Shown: piece after piece, positions 9,430 through 18,032 of the stretch
Layout: the number at the start of each line of letters is the position of its first letter
Numbering within the stretch: position 1 is the stretch's first letter
Virus record (IMG/VR): IMGVR_UViG_3300024518_006364
Origin: an uncultured virus (IMG/VR IMGVR_UViG_3300024518_006364)
Lineage: Duplodnaviria; Heunggongvirae; Uroviricota; Caudoviricetes
Strand: one strand, 5' to 3'
Length of the DNA stretch: 64,000 nucleotides
Made by a program: the position numbers and the translations under genes
Notes under the pieces: generated by a model
What the model was told of the DNA's origin: nothing
Databases searched by the model: none
The model's input: the letters and a program-made list of their open reading frames with translations, nothing else

Positions 9430-9834
9430 ATGGAAAACTCCAAAACAGTGGGAGAAAGATCGGAAGCACAAGTATTGGCCATGTTTTTGCGACTGGGTAA
9501 AACTGTACTCCTCCCTTTTGGAGATAACCAGAGATACGACCTTGTGGTGGAGGAAGACGGAGAATTTACCAGAGTGCAATGTAAGACGGGGCGAATTAAA
9601 AACAGGGCGATCCACTTCGACACCTGTTCGTCCCAGAGTCACCGAGGAAAAGGCAAATTAGACTACAGGGGACAAGCCGATCAGTTCGGGGTTTACGTTC
9701 CAGATCTCGACAAAGTTTACCTGGTCCCCGTCAAGGACGTTGGGCACACGGCGGCGACCTTGCGCCTGACTCCTCCCAAAAATAACCAAGGGACGGGCGT
9801 CCGGTGGGCACACGACTATGAACTCAGTAGTTAA
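9430..9834 (+). CDS. PD-(D/E)XK endonuclease, free-standing homing type
   Basis: Motifs GERSE..PFGDNQRYDLVV..RVQCKTG. AT-richer than neighbours; directly follows a tRNA. Confidence 0.85.
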   Translation: MENSKTVGERSEAQVLAMFLRLGKTVLLPFGDNQRYDLVVEEDGEFTRVQCKTGRIKNRAIHFDTCSSQSHRGKGKLDYRGQADQFGVYVPDLDKVYLVPVKDVGHTAATLRLTPPKNNQGTGVRWAHDYELSS

Positions 9835-9843
9835 AGGAGAAAG

Positions 9844-10485
9844 ATGGAATCCACGACGATCATTTGCAATCGCTGTAATCAACTCCTGTCCCACGTCTGT
9901 AACAAGGACTTTGCCAAGGCCTGGGCACGCCTACAGGAACTCACTACCGAGGGCCTGGACAACGGAATAATCCGGGCGATGAGGTCGAGCCCCTACTACG
10001 CAGCCGGTGACGAGAACGCCCCAATCTTCTCGGAGAAATTCTTGTACTCACTGATGGGCAAGGAAGAGGCCCGCACAATCCTTGCCGTGCTGGACAACCT
10101 GGTCCGCGCCGCAGGCATCGAGCCCAGCCGTATGCTGCGCGAGCTGGCCAAGGACAAGCGCCGGGCGCATTTCCCCCACGACTGCTGGGCGTGCCAGTTC
10201 CAGGGGAGCTTCACGATGGATAGCGGGGAGGTCTATGACCTGTATCGCTGTGACTCCACTGACCGGAAGCTGCGCCCCGACGGCCCTTCCTACGTGGCCC
10301 GCAACGGACAGGAGCCACACGAATACTGGTCGATTCCTTACCGAGAGCTGCTCTCTTTGGAAGAGGGCAAGCGTGTCCTCGGTGCACTGTCGATCGAGGT
10401 TCTCAAGAGGGCCAGGAAAATCGAGGAACACTATGAGAGTGCGCGTCGTCGCCGTGAGAATTCACGACAGACAGAACCAGGGTAA
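9844..10485 (+). CDS. Hypothetical protein with C-terminal HDCxxC..YDLYRC domain
   Basis: AAGGAG RBS; domain shared with 33321-33815. Confidence 0.65.
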   Translation: MESTTIICNRCNQLLSHVCNKDFAKAWARLQELTTEGLDNGIIRAMRSSPYYAAGDENAPIFSEKFLYSLMGKEEARTILAVLDNLVRAAGIEPSRMLRELAKDKRRAHFPHDCWACQFQGSFTMDSGEVYDLYRCDSTDRKLRPDGPSYVARNGQEPHEYWSIPYRELLSLEEGKRVLGALSIEVLKRARKIEEHYESARRRRENSRQTEPG

Positions 10486-11083
10486 GGCACGCCCAATCCT
10501 GATTGGTTCCCACGACTTGGAAGGCCCCATCAGCCACGTGCTCTGGGGAATCTGGGGGCCAACCTACGCAGTCTACGAAGAAGACGTCGTAGAGGTCGTT
10601 GAAGAGTACGGCATCGTCGAGACCGGGGACTACGATGCTGTAGAGGTCTTCGAGAAAGAGCTCGTGGTGAAGTACAACGAGAAGTACCCAATCAAGCCTG
10701 CCAACCCAGCGAACAAGAAGATTGCCGAGGAGGCCACAGGCTTCTGTGCGCCCGACGGCAGGTACTTCGACTGCCGATACGAGGAACACCGCGGGTTGGC
10801 CAGCGCACTGATCGAAATGCTCTACCTTGAAGAGAAGAAGGGCAAGGGCTTCACCTACATGGACAACCTGGTCTTCCTCGACAAGATGGGTTGGGCACGC
10901 CTGCAACGCGGCGGCGTGCATGTTGAGGGGTATGACTTTGAGAAGATCACTGCTGCCCAGAAGCGCACGTTGCTCAAGCTGATGGGCGCTTGTTCCGACA
11001 AGAAGAGAGCGACGCGTCTTGCCCGGGACCTCCGACGCGCGGAGGGAGCGGATCTGGACTGGGAGGACAGCCTGGACGGTTAG
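10433..11083 (+). CDS. Hypothetical protein
   Basis: GAGG RBS with ATG at 10433; GC3 bias. Confidence 0.6.
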   Translation: MRVRVVAVRIHDRQNQGKARPILIGSHDLEGPISHVLWGIWGPTYAVYEEDVVEVVEEYGIVETGDYDAVEVFEKELVVKYNEKYPIKPANPANKKIAEEATGFCAPDGRYFDCRYEEHRGLASALIEMLYLEEKKGKGFTYMDNLVFLDKMGWARLQRGGVHVEGYDFEKITAAQKRTLLKLMGACSDKKRATRLARDLRRAEGADLDWEDSLDG

Positions 11084-11088
11084 TCCCG

Positions 11089-11164
11089 GCGCGTATAGCT
11101 CAATGGTAGAGCGAGGAGACTCTAAATTTCCCGGTTGCCGGTTCGAGTCCGGCTGCGCGCACCA
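11089..11164 (+). tRNA. Amber suppressor tRNA (anticodon CTA)
   Basis: Acceptor GCGCGTA/TGCGCGC; D-arm GCTC/GAGC; anticodon arm GGAGA-CTCTAAA-TTTCC; T-arm GCCGG-TTCGAGT-CCGGC; ACCA end. Confidence 0.85.
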
Positions 11165-11186
11165 AAAACGTGAACAGGAGGTAGTT

Positions 11187-11526
11187 GTGATTTACCATAT
11201 CGAGAAGGAAGTCCTCGTTGCCTTCTGTGATCTGTGACGAGAAGATTCCACCTGGAACCCCGTGCAGGACCTACTTCGTCCACAACAGCGGGCCCTCTGG
11301 CAATCTGTGCGAACAGTGCTGGCTGCACATCATCGCGATGCCGGTGGAAGAGCGCCCCTGGTCTGTTGTCGTAGCTGGTGTACCCGGAGAGCCCATGTAC
11401 TGTTTCTCCAATCCGAGTGACTTCTTCGTCCCCCCTGTGCTTGGGAAGGTCAAGACCCAGCCCCAACTGGAGCCCAAGCTCGACATAGAAGACTGGAGGC
11501 AACGTGTCCTATCCCAACACGGCTGA
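11187..11526 (+). pseudogene. Frameshifted member of the DMCEACW zinc-finger family
   Basis: AGGAGG and GTG at 11187 open a frame that stops at TGA 11235-11237. The homologous body (CDEKIP..LCEQCW..YCFSNP) continues in the +1 frame. Confidence 0.5.
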
Positions 11527-11770
11527 ACACTGGAAAACCGACGGCACCAAGACCGACGTGATGCCCGCAAACGGAAAGACGTGGACCCTCGCCGAGATCC
11601 AGGCCCTCGTGGGAGGGCTCGTCCAAATCGTGCTCATCGAAGGGGGGCAAATGCTCGTCAATGAGGAGGGGCATCTCAAGAACCTTCCCTTCAACGATGC
11701 GGCGACGGACTACACCGACGAGATGCTCGTAGGAGATGTCGTGTTGTCGCCAGAGGGGATGCTGACATGA
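11504..11770 (+). CDS. DUF3846-like phage protein
   Basis: TLAEIQALVGG..MLVNEEG..LPFN..AT..LVGDVV pattern. Confidence 0.65.
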   Translation: MSYPNTAEHWKTDGTKTDVMPANGKTWTLAEIQALVGGLVQIVLIEGGQMLVNEEGHLKNLPFNDAATDYTDEMLVGDVVLSPEGMLT

Positions 11771-14239
11771 ACGTCTCGTTTGAATCCAAAGAAGGCTACG
11801 TCGTCATCGCGGGGGCGCGCTGCCAAAGCAACCACGGCGCGCTCCTCTGGAGCCTCGTGCTCTCCCTCCCGTGTTGCAAGCGCCGGGAGAACATGTCCCT
11901 TGAGCCCAGAGCAGCGCCTGCCCAGATCCGAGCGCAGGAGCTGCAATTCGACGCAGCCTGCGCCAAGTTCCTGAAGGAGCTGGGGGACTGTGAGCTAGAC
12001 CGAGTCGACTACAACCGGGGAGACTCCGTGAGCCTGCGCAACGGTGAGACCGTGGTGGTGGAGGACTAATGAAACTCACATTCAGACACAAGTTCGGACG
12101 CGACGAAACAGTGGACATCGAAGCCGATGCCTACTGTGAGCTCATGGAGACGTCGGGACTCTTGTGGACCATCAAGGCCGAGTTCAGTGAGTACGAAGAG
12201 AAGTCTGGCCAGATGCTTCCGCGCCTCCGGGGATACGCGACGCCAACTCGGATGAAGATCGAGATTCACCACGCCGACCTCAATGCCGCATGCGTCCTGT
12301 TCCTGCTGGCGATCAAGGGGCATCGCTTCTGTAGCAACGGTAATTGCGTGGTGGTGGAGGATTGACAATGACTGTACGCCCCTACATCCAGAAGATCCTG
12401 ATCGTGTTCGATGCCGCAGATGACGTCGTCGCTCGTGAGTGTGGCCAGATGAATCTGGCCGACATCAAGAAGTCCATCCCGCACGGCGAAGTCACTGCCT
12501 GTACCTTGCATGCTCTCCGCACCAAGGAAAGCAAGAAGAAGGGACCCAACCGGAATCTGTTCAAGGAGCTGTAATGATCAAGGTCTACTACGAGGACAGA
12601 GGTGAGCATGTCCGCACGCGCTGGTTCGACGGTCCGGACGAAGAGCACCTCGCTTGCGTGGGGACTTTGTGTTTCAGCAGCGCGGGCTGGGCTGAGTTCA
12701 CGATGGGAATGATCGAGAACCAGACAGGCGGCCTTTCCAACATTGTGGTGGAGGGGACGACGCAAGTAGGCGTCGTTGCCCCCCGTGATCCGGAGTTTCC
12801 ACGCTATGAGCGTTGAATTCGACACCCTGTTCCGCCTGGGCAACCAGAAGATCGAGCCCGAGACACTCGAGGTCCTGTTCGACAAGAAATGGTACACCGT
12901 GATCTCGGTGTACGCCTCTGCTGCCGGGGGACGGATATGGATTCGAGCCGGGGAAGAGCTGGCTTCGTTCTCCTTCAAGGAAGAGGAGATGATCGCCGAT
13001 GACCCCAGCGGACGCCTCTACAACATCGGGGTCAAGGACAACAAGATCCTGGGATTCAGGGGGCCCAAGGGCCTCGTTTTGGCCACCGACGAGGAGATGG
13101 AAGAGTGGGGAATCCACAGGGGCACAGATTTCCGCGCGGATCTGTTCCCGCCTTGTGCGGAATCCCGAGTAGTTACGGCATCATCGCCGGAGGCTGCGGC
13201 TGTGGATAAGCCTGTTGGTAAGTCCTCTCGCGCGAACGCGCGCGAAGACGCCGAGGAAAACGTCGAAGACGAGGACGCCGAGGAAAACGTCGAAGACGAG
13301 GACATCGAAGAGGACGAGGGCGACAGCATAGCGTTCTCCCTCGGTGGCGACGACGACGAGGTGGAGGACGATGGCTGAAAACGCTGACGACTATATCCGT
13401 CAGGCCAAGGAGTTCCTCTCGGCCCACGAGCTGGACCTGATCATCAAGCCCGTCGAGCGCAAGGCACCCCCTTGGGCTGACCCCCCTGATGCCTACGGAA
13501 ACAGGTATCGCATTGATCTCCGTAGGCGCGATGGAGACCGGCCAAAGGGAGAGGGTTTCCCCTGGCGCCTGTCATTCTTCTACTGGAACAGCATTCGGGA
13601 CAGAGAGTGGAATGTTGATCCCAACGAGTACGACATCATGTCAATCCTCTCTTCCGACATGTCTTCCCCGACGGACCCCGACGAGGTCTACCGGGAGTAC
13701 GGAGAGATGTTGCCGTCGCAGGCAACGCGTATCGCCAACTTCGCCAAACGCATTCAGCGTTTCTTCACGGAGACAGAGCTAGAAGAATTACAGGAGATCC
13801 AGTGATGGCTGACTACCACGAAAGGTTCAGTGAGGCGATCAGGTCGCTGACCAAGAATGAGATAACCTGGATCAGGCGCACCCTCGGCGCCGATTCGGAA
13901 GAGATGATGGCCCTGGAGCACGAGGTTGCCAAGGAGTTCGGCCTCGAAGAGTGCAACCAGTGGCCACCGTGCGGATGGGAGATTCAACTGCAAGGACGAC
14001 AGAAGCTCCTGTGGTTGCATGATGGGGACGCCTACGACGACGACCTCTTCATCACCTGGGTCCAGCACTTCCTGGAGAAGTTCCGCCCCGACAAGGCGTT
14101 CCGAGTCAGCATGGCCTGCACTGTCTCCCGGCCGCTGCTGGGAGAGTTCGGGGGACGCTGGGTCTACATCGCCGCTGACAACTACGAGAGCGGCAGCACC
14201 TGGGACCAGCTGGAGCGCCTGGAACGCGAGGGGGGTTGA
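11767..14239 (+). other. Run of coupled hypothetical CDSs (11767-12069, 12069-12365, 12368-12574, 12574-12816, 12806-13378, 13371-13805, 13802-14239)
   Basis: Overlapping start/stop codons with GGAGG-type RBSs. Confidence 0.6.
13247..13300 (+). repeat. 27-bp tandem duplication in an acidic protein tail
   Basis: GACGCCGAGGAAAACGTCGAAGACGAG x2. Confidence 0.85.
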
Positions 14240-14402
14240 CAACTCCCCGAGAAGAGCGTAGTGGTGGTCCCATGAACAGAGACCTACCAGTCGAACTTGA
14301 AGACGAAGGCGAGGAGCCTGTGGCGAAAGCCCCGTTGCTCCCTCGTCTTCTGGTCTTTGGCAACTGAATACTCCAATAAATTCATCGCACATCTGTTCCT
14401 TT

Positions 14403-14478
14403 GACCCTGTGGTTTAGTTGGTAGGACGCCAGCCTTTCACGCTGGAGATCGCGGGTTCGAGTCCCGTCGGGGTCACCA
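14403..14478 (+). tRNA. tRNA-Glu(TTC)
   Basis: CCAGC-CTTTCAC-GCTGG; CCA end. Confidence 0.95.
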
Positions 14479-14485
14479 AATATAT

Positions 14486-14560
14486 GGGGTAGTAGTTCAG
14501 CGGGAGAACGCTGGCCTTGCAAGCCGGATGTCGCAGGTTCGATTCCTGTCTACTCCACCA
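14486..14560 (+). tRNA. tRNA-Ala(TGC)
   Basis: Loop CTTGCAA; G3:U70 pair; CCA end. Confidence 0.95.
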
Positions 14561-14566
14561 CGAACG

Positions 14567-14684
14567 AAAGTGCAGCAGGGCTGTTGGGGCTTGACTCCGT
14601 CCCCTTCAGCGCCCACCTCCCCTAACGGGTCACACCAGGGGCCAGCTGTGCGGCCGATAAATTGTGCAGCAATGGGGGCACTTT
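14567..14684 (+). ncRNA. Unidentified multi-branched structured RNA between tRNA genes
   Basis: Closing stem AAAGTGC/GCACTTT enclosing three hairpins. Confidence 0.5.
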
Positions 14685-14689
14685 TTCAT

Positions 14690-14778
14690 GCCAGAGTGGC
14701 GAAGTTGGTAGACGCGCTGGATTCAGGATCCAGTGGGGCGTAAGCTCCGGGCAGGTTCGACCCCTGTCTCTGGCACCA
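14690..14778 (+). tRNA. tRNA-Leu(CAG)
   Basis: CTGGA-TTCAGGA-TCCAG; long variable arm; CCA end. Confidence 0.95.
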
Positions 14779-14791
14779 AAAGGAGGAAAGG

Positions 14792-15166
14792 ATGGGAATG
14801 CACCGCATGTTCTCGTCCGGAAAGACGGAGCGCTGCGGCTCTACGGTCGTAGTCGAGAATGAGCGCATAGTCGAGAAGCCTGTGTATGTCCTGCCCAATC
14901 CGAATCCGAAGAACTTCATTGTGCGAATGGAAAAGAAGGTGGGGAGCTTTCTCATCCTGTTGGTCTCGTATCCCGAATGCACCAACTACGAGGGGAACAA
15001 GATCCTGGTGTTTCGGGATGTCACCCTCGACCAGCTGAAAGCCCAGGGCGTGATCGATCCTCACTTCAGTCAGAACGATGTGGTCCACTCTCCTGTTGCA
15101 CGCTTCGAACCGACACAGAGAGGGTGGGACTTCGCACTAGCGTTCACGAGCGCAGTGCCCAAGTAA
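14792..15166 (+). CDS. Hypothetical phage protein (YPECTNYEGNKILV..IDPHF..ARFEPT..GW motifs)
   Basis: AGGAGG RBS; lies between tRNA genes. Confidence 0.7.
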   Translation: MGMHRMFSSGKTERCGSTVVVENERIVEKPVYVLPNPNPKNFIVRMEKKVGSFLILLVSYPECTNYEGNKILVFRDVTLDQLKAQGVIDPHFSQNDVVHSPVARFEPTQRGWDFALAFTSAVPK

Positions 15167-15171
15167 CCCGT

Positions 15172-15258
15172 GGGGGTGTGGCGGAGTTGGTAGACGCGCA
15201 GCGTTGAGGGCGCTGTGGACGAGAGTCCGGGCTGGTTCGATCCCAGTCATCCCCACCA
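15172..15258 (+). tRNA. tRNA-Leu(GAG)
   Basis: CAGCG-TTGAGGG-CGCTG; long variable arm; CCA end. Confidence 0.95.
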
Positions 15259-15277
15259 AAAATGAACAGGAGGAAGC

Positions 15278-15634
15278 ATGTTTGTCTGTGTGTATTGTGG
15301 TGGAGGGGTCACCTCCGACACGATCAAGTGGGATCCGGACGATCCCCAGCGGAAGCACCGCTGCCCCCACTGCAATAAGTTCTCTTTGGTCCGCGGCAAG
15401 ACGAAGCTGGGGAGCACGGTCTACTTTCAGCAGATGGTCGGCGGCATTTGCGATACCTCGATCGATGCCGGAAGCTGGACCCCGCAGGAACTCGAAGCCA
15501 TCGCCTCTGACCTTCGACAACAGCAGCGAGAAGGGAAGTTGCTATACGAGGACGGTAGTGGATCAAGGCTGGCCGGGCGAATGGAGGACCCATGCGACGA
15601 AGAGACTGGTGGCACCGATTCCTCTGCCGACTAG
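15278..15634 (+). CDS. Zinc-ribbon hypothetical protein
   Basis: CVYC..CPHC; AGGAGG RBS. Confidence 0.6.
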   Translation: MFVCVYCGGGVTSDTIKWDPDDPQRKHRCPHCNKFSLVRGKTKLGSTVYFQQMVGGICDTSIDAGSWTPQELEAIASDLRQQQREGKLLYEDGSGSRLAGRMEDPCDEETGGTDSSAD

Positions 15635-15778
15635 GCAACCACGAGTGGGGCCAGACGTACCGGTACAACTTCAAGGATGGGGATGGAGGGCGCTTGCTGT
15701 TTCAGTACATCAAGATCCGCTTCTGCAAGCGCAGACGTTGCAAGGGCTACGCCCTCGTGGGCCTTCGTTTCAGATAGT

Positions 15779-15855
15779 CGGAATGTGGCGCAGTTTGGTA
15801 GCGCGCTTGACTGGGGGTCAAGAGGTCGCTGGTTCGAATCCAGTCGTTCCGACCA
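15779..15855 (+). tRNA. tRNA-Pro(GGG)
   Basis: C1-G72 pair; CTTGA-CTGGGGG-TCAAG; CCA end. Confidence 0.95.
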
Positions 15856-15862
15856 ACAACAT

Positions 15863-15938
15863 GGGCGGTTAGTTCAGTTGGGAGAATAGCGCCCTTACAA
15901 GGCGAAGGCCGGGGGTTCGAGTCCCTCACCGCCTACCA
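15863..15938 (+). tRNA. tRNA-Val(TAC)
   Basis: Loop CTTACAA; CCA end. Confidence 0.93.
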
Positions 15939-15957
15939 AATGTGAAAGGAGTGCGAC

Positions 15958-16734
15958 GTGCGTTTGAAACTTGTGACAATCACAGGCGTCGACGAGCGGA
16001 CCAATCCGTTGTTCGCAAGACGCCTGTCCGAAAGGTTTCCATTCATCGAGTTCGCGATGCTCGTCAGCGAGAGCAGCGGGGGCAAGAAGCCGCGCTACAT
16101 GACTGTCCCGGACGTGATCCGGATGCTCGGCATGCTGCGTGCGCACCAGGGACCGAAGCTGGCGGTCCACATCTGCGGGAAATGGTCCCGCCTGCTTTTG
16201 GAGGGCCGCGCGGACGAGCTCGGTGCCACACAGTTCCAACATCTCCTTCGCCAAGGGGCGCTCCTCATGGACCACGGGCGCGTCCAGTGGAACATCAATC
16301 CCGCGAACGTGAAGCGCGACAAGTGGAACATCCCCAGCGTGATCAATATTCTCCATGAGTGCTTCTACAACGGGAATCTGATCCTCCAGCGCCACAACCT
16401 GGAAAGTGCCGACCTCTCAAACGCGTTGCGTGCGACGCTCGCGCGCGAGGAGTATCTGCACCACCGCTTGCACATAGACGTGCTGCACGACCTGTCCGGC
16501 GGACACGGTGTTGTTCCCGAGGGAATCCCACCTCCCATCGGGATGTACTGTGGCTACGCCGGGGGCTTTTCCCCCGAGAATGTTGGTGTACGCCTTCGAC
16601 AGCTGGCCGCAAAGCCGCCCGAGAACGGTGGGTTCTGGATCGACATGGAGAGCGGTGTCAGGACCGACGACTGGCTGGACCTGAAGAAGGTTGAGCACGT
16701 CCTTGAAGTGGCAGCGCCCTACGTGGAGGCATGA
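15958..16734 (+). CDS. TrpF (phosphoribosylanthranilate isomerase)-like TIM-barrel protein
   Basis: Motifs ITGVD, DLSGGHG, GYAGG..PENV and WIDMESGVR. Confidence 0.7.
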   Translation: MRLKLVTITGVDERTNPLFARRLSERFPFIEFAMLVSESSGGKKPRYMTVPDVIRMLGMLRAHQGPKLAVHICGKWSRLLLEGRADELGATQFQHLLRQGALLMDHGRVQWNINPANVKRDKWNIPSVINILHECFYNGNLILQRHNLESADLSNALRATLAREEYLHHRLHIDVLHDLSGGHGVVPEGIPPPIGMYCGYAGGFSPENVGVRLRQLAAKPPENGGFWIDMESGVRTDDWLDLKKVEHVLEVAAPYVEA

Positions 16735-17006
16735 TGGCTACGGCCAAGAAGAAGAAACCTGCCAAGAAGAAAGAGAAACTCATCCCGCCCGACCTGAAAC
16801 GTTGCCAAGCCGAAAGCCGTCCCGAGTGGAGCTTCATGTCCTTCGGACCCAAGCCCCCGCTGGTGCGGTGCAAGAGGAAGCCGACGCACATCGTCATCGA
16901 GAAGAAGGAAAAAGGGAAGCAGCAAGGCTCGATGTCCCTGTGCCCGAAGTGCCTGGAAGTCTGTCTGGGACAGATGCCAGGCCTCACGGTCAAGGCCATC
17001 GACTGA
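16731..17006 (+). CDS. Small basic Cys-rich protein
   Basis: ATGA coupling; RCQA..RC..CPKC. Confidence 0.55.
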   Translation: MMATAKKKKPAKKKEKLIPPDLKRCQAESRPEWSFMSFGPKPPLVRCKRKPTHIVIEKKEKGKQQGSMSLCPKCLEVCLGQMPGLTVKAID

Positions 17007-17011
17007 TCAGT

Positions 17012-17154
17012 GGTTGCGGGAGGTTGGCTTAGAAGCAGCCATCCTATAATGAGTGGGACAAGTACTTCGGTCGCCGCAACGCAGGGGGGGTTCCATTAAT
17101 CACACTGTGGCTCCTTGCACCGCGGTCCCTTTGGCGTGACAGCACACCGCAGCC
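17012..17154 (+). ncRNA. Stand-alone RNA mimicking the 23S rRNA L11-binding domain (H43-H44), with an inserted subdomain
   Basis: GGAGGTTGGCTTAGAAGCAGCCATCCT and GCGTGACAGCACAC within a closing stem GGTTGCGG/CCGCAGCC. Confidence 0.8.
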
Positions 17155-17157
17155 TAT

Positions 17158-17232
17158 GACCCCATCGTTTAGTGGTTAGGACGTCAGACTCTCAATCTGG
17201 AAACCGGGGTTCAACTCCCCGTGGGGTCACCA
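17158..17232 (+). tRNA. tRNA-Glu(CTC)
   Basis: TCAGA-CTCTCAA-TCTGG; CCA end. Confidence 0.93.
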
Positions 17233-17239
17233 GTCACAT

Positions 17240-17315
17240 GGATCGGTAGCACAACGGCTAGTGCAGCTGGCTCTTAACCAGAAGGCTGAAGGTTCGAATC
17301 CTTCTCGGTCCACCA
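17240..17315 (+). tRNA. tRNA-Lys(CTT)
   Basis: Loop CTCTTAA; CCA end. Confidence 0.92.
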
Positions 17316-17364
17316 CTGGAGAAACACCCTTGTCTTAATCCTTTCTCTGTGCTACGTTGCTCGC

Positions 17365-17766
17365 ATGAGAAAAGACAAAGACGAGTACAATGCTTACATG
17401 CGCGCATACATGAAGAAGCGCTACAGACAGCGTAGACGGAAGGCTCTTCAAAAATTGGGGGGCCGCTGCCAGAATTGCGAAAGCAAAAAGGACCTCCAGA
17501 TTGACCACGTGGATCCTACAAAAAAGTCCTTTTCTGTCAGCAAACTCTGGAGCATCGCGGAAGAGAAATTCTGGAAGGAGTTGGAAAAGTGTCAACTTCT
17601 CTGCCAGAAGTGTCACTCGAAAAAGAGCATCATCGAACGCGGGATGAAGATCGCAAAGGGCACACATGGGACGCTCTCCTCCTACCGCTACTGTCACTGT
17701 AAGTTGTGTAAAGCAGCCCGCCGAAAGTGGGCAACCTCCTATCGTGCGCGGAAAAAGGGGGTATAG
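17365..17766 (+). CDS. HNH endonuclease
   Basis: CQNC..LQIDHVDP..KCQLLCQKCH. Own promoter TTGTCT-N17-TACGTT ends 6 nt before the ATG, so probably leaderless. Confidence 0.9.
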   Translation: MRKDKDEYNAYMRAYMKKRYRQRRRKALQKLGGRCQNCESKKDLQIDHVDPTKKSFSVSKLWSIAEEKFWKELEKCQLLCQKCHSKKSIIERGMKIAKGTHGTLSSYRYCHCKLCKAARRKWATSYRARKKGV

Positions 17767-17830
17767 CTGAATGGTGCAGCACTTGGCCTTTAACCTCGCG
17801 ACTCGGGTTCGATTCCCGGTGCCCCCACCA
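17757..17830 (+). tRNA. Degenerate tRNA, probably Lys(TTT)
   Basis: Intact acceptor, D and T arms with CCA. Anticodon stem CTTGG/CCTCG has two mismatches and the loop has C33. Confidence 0.6.
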
Positions 17831-18032
17831 CCAACGAGGAGAATATGGACGAACCGTGCCCCATGTGCGACGCCCCCGTCAGCCCGAAACGAGAACGGTT
17901 CTTCATCAAGCCGAAGGCCAAGGAAAGAGAAGGACCCTACTGCTCCCGCCTCTGTGCCAAACAGGATTCCTGGGGCCCTGCATTCAGGAACGCGCGGGTG
18001 TACAAGGTCCCGCCGAAGAAACGGAGGACTCA

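Noticed and set aside
11089..11164. Pyrrolysine tRNA
   Set aside because: It shares the CUCUAAA loop but has canonical D-loop GG and TTC, and no pyl genes are in the window.
14561..14690. HDV-like (theta) or twister ribozyme after tRNA-Ala
   Set aside because: I could not build the required nested pseudoknot or catalytic consensus by eye.
17012..17154. True 23S rRNA gene or host contamination
   Set aside because: Only the H43/H44 elements match. The flanks are phage CDS and tRNA, and the closing stem is not rRNA sequence.
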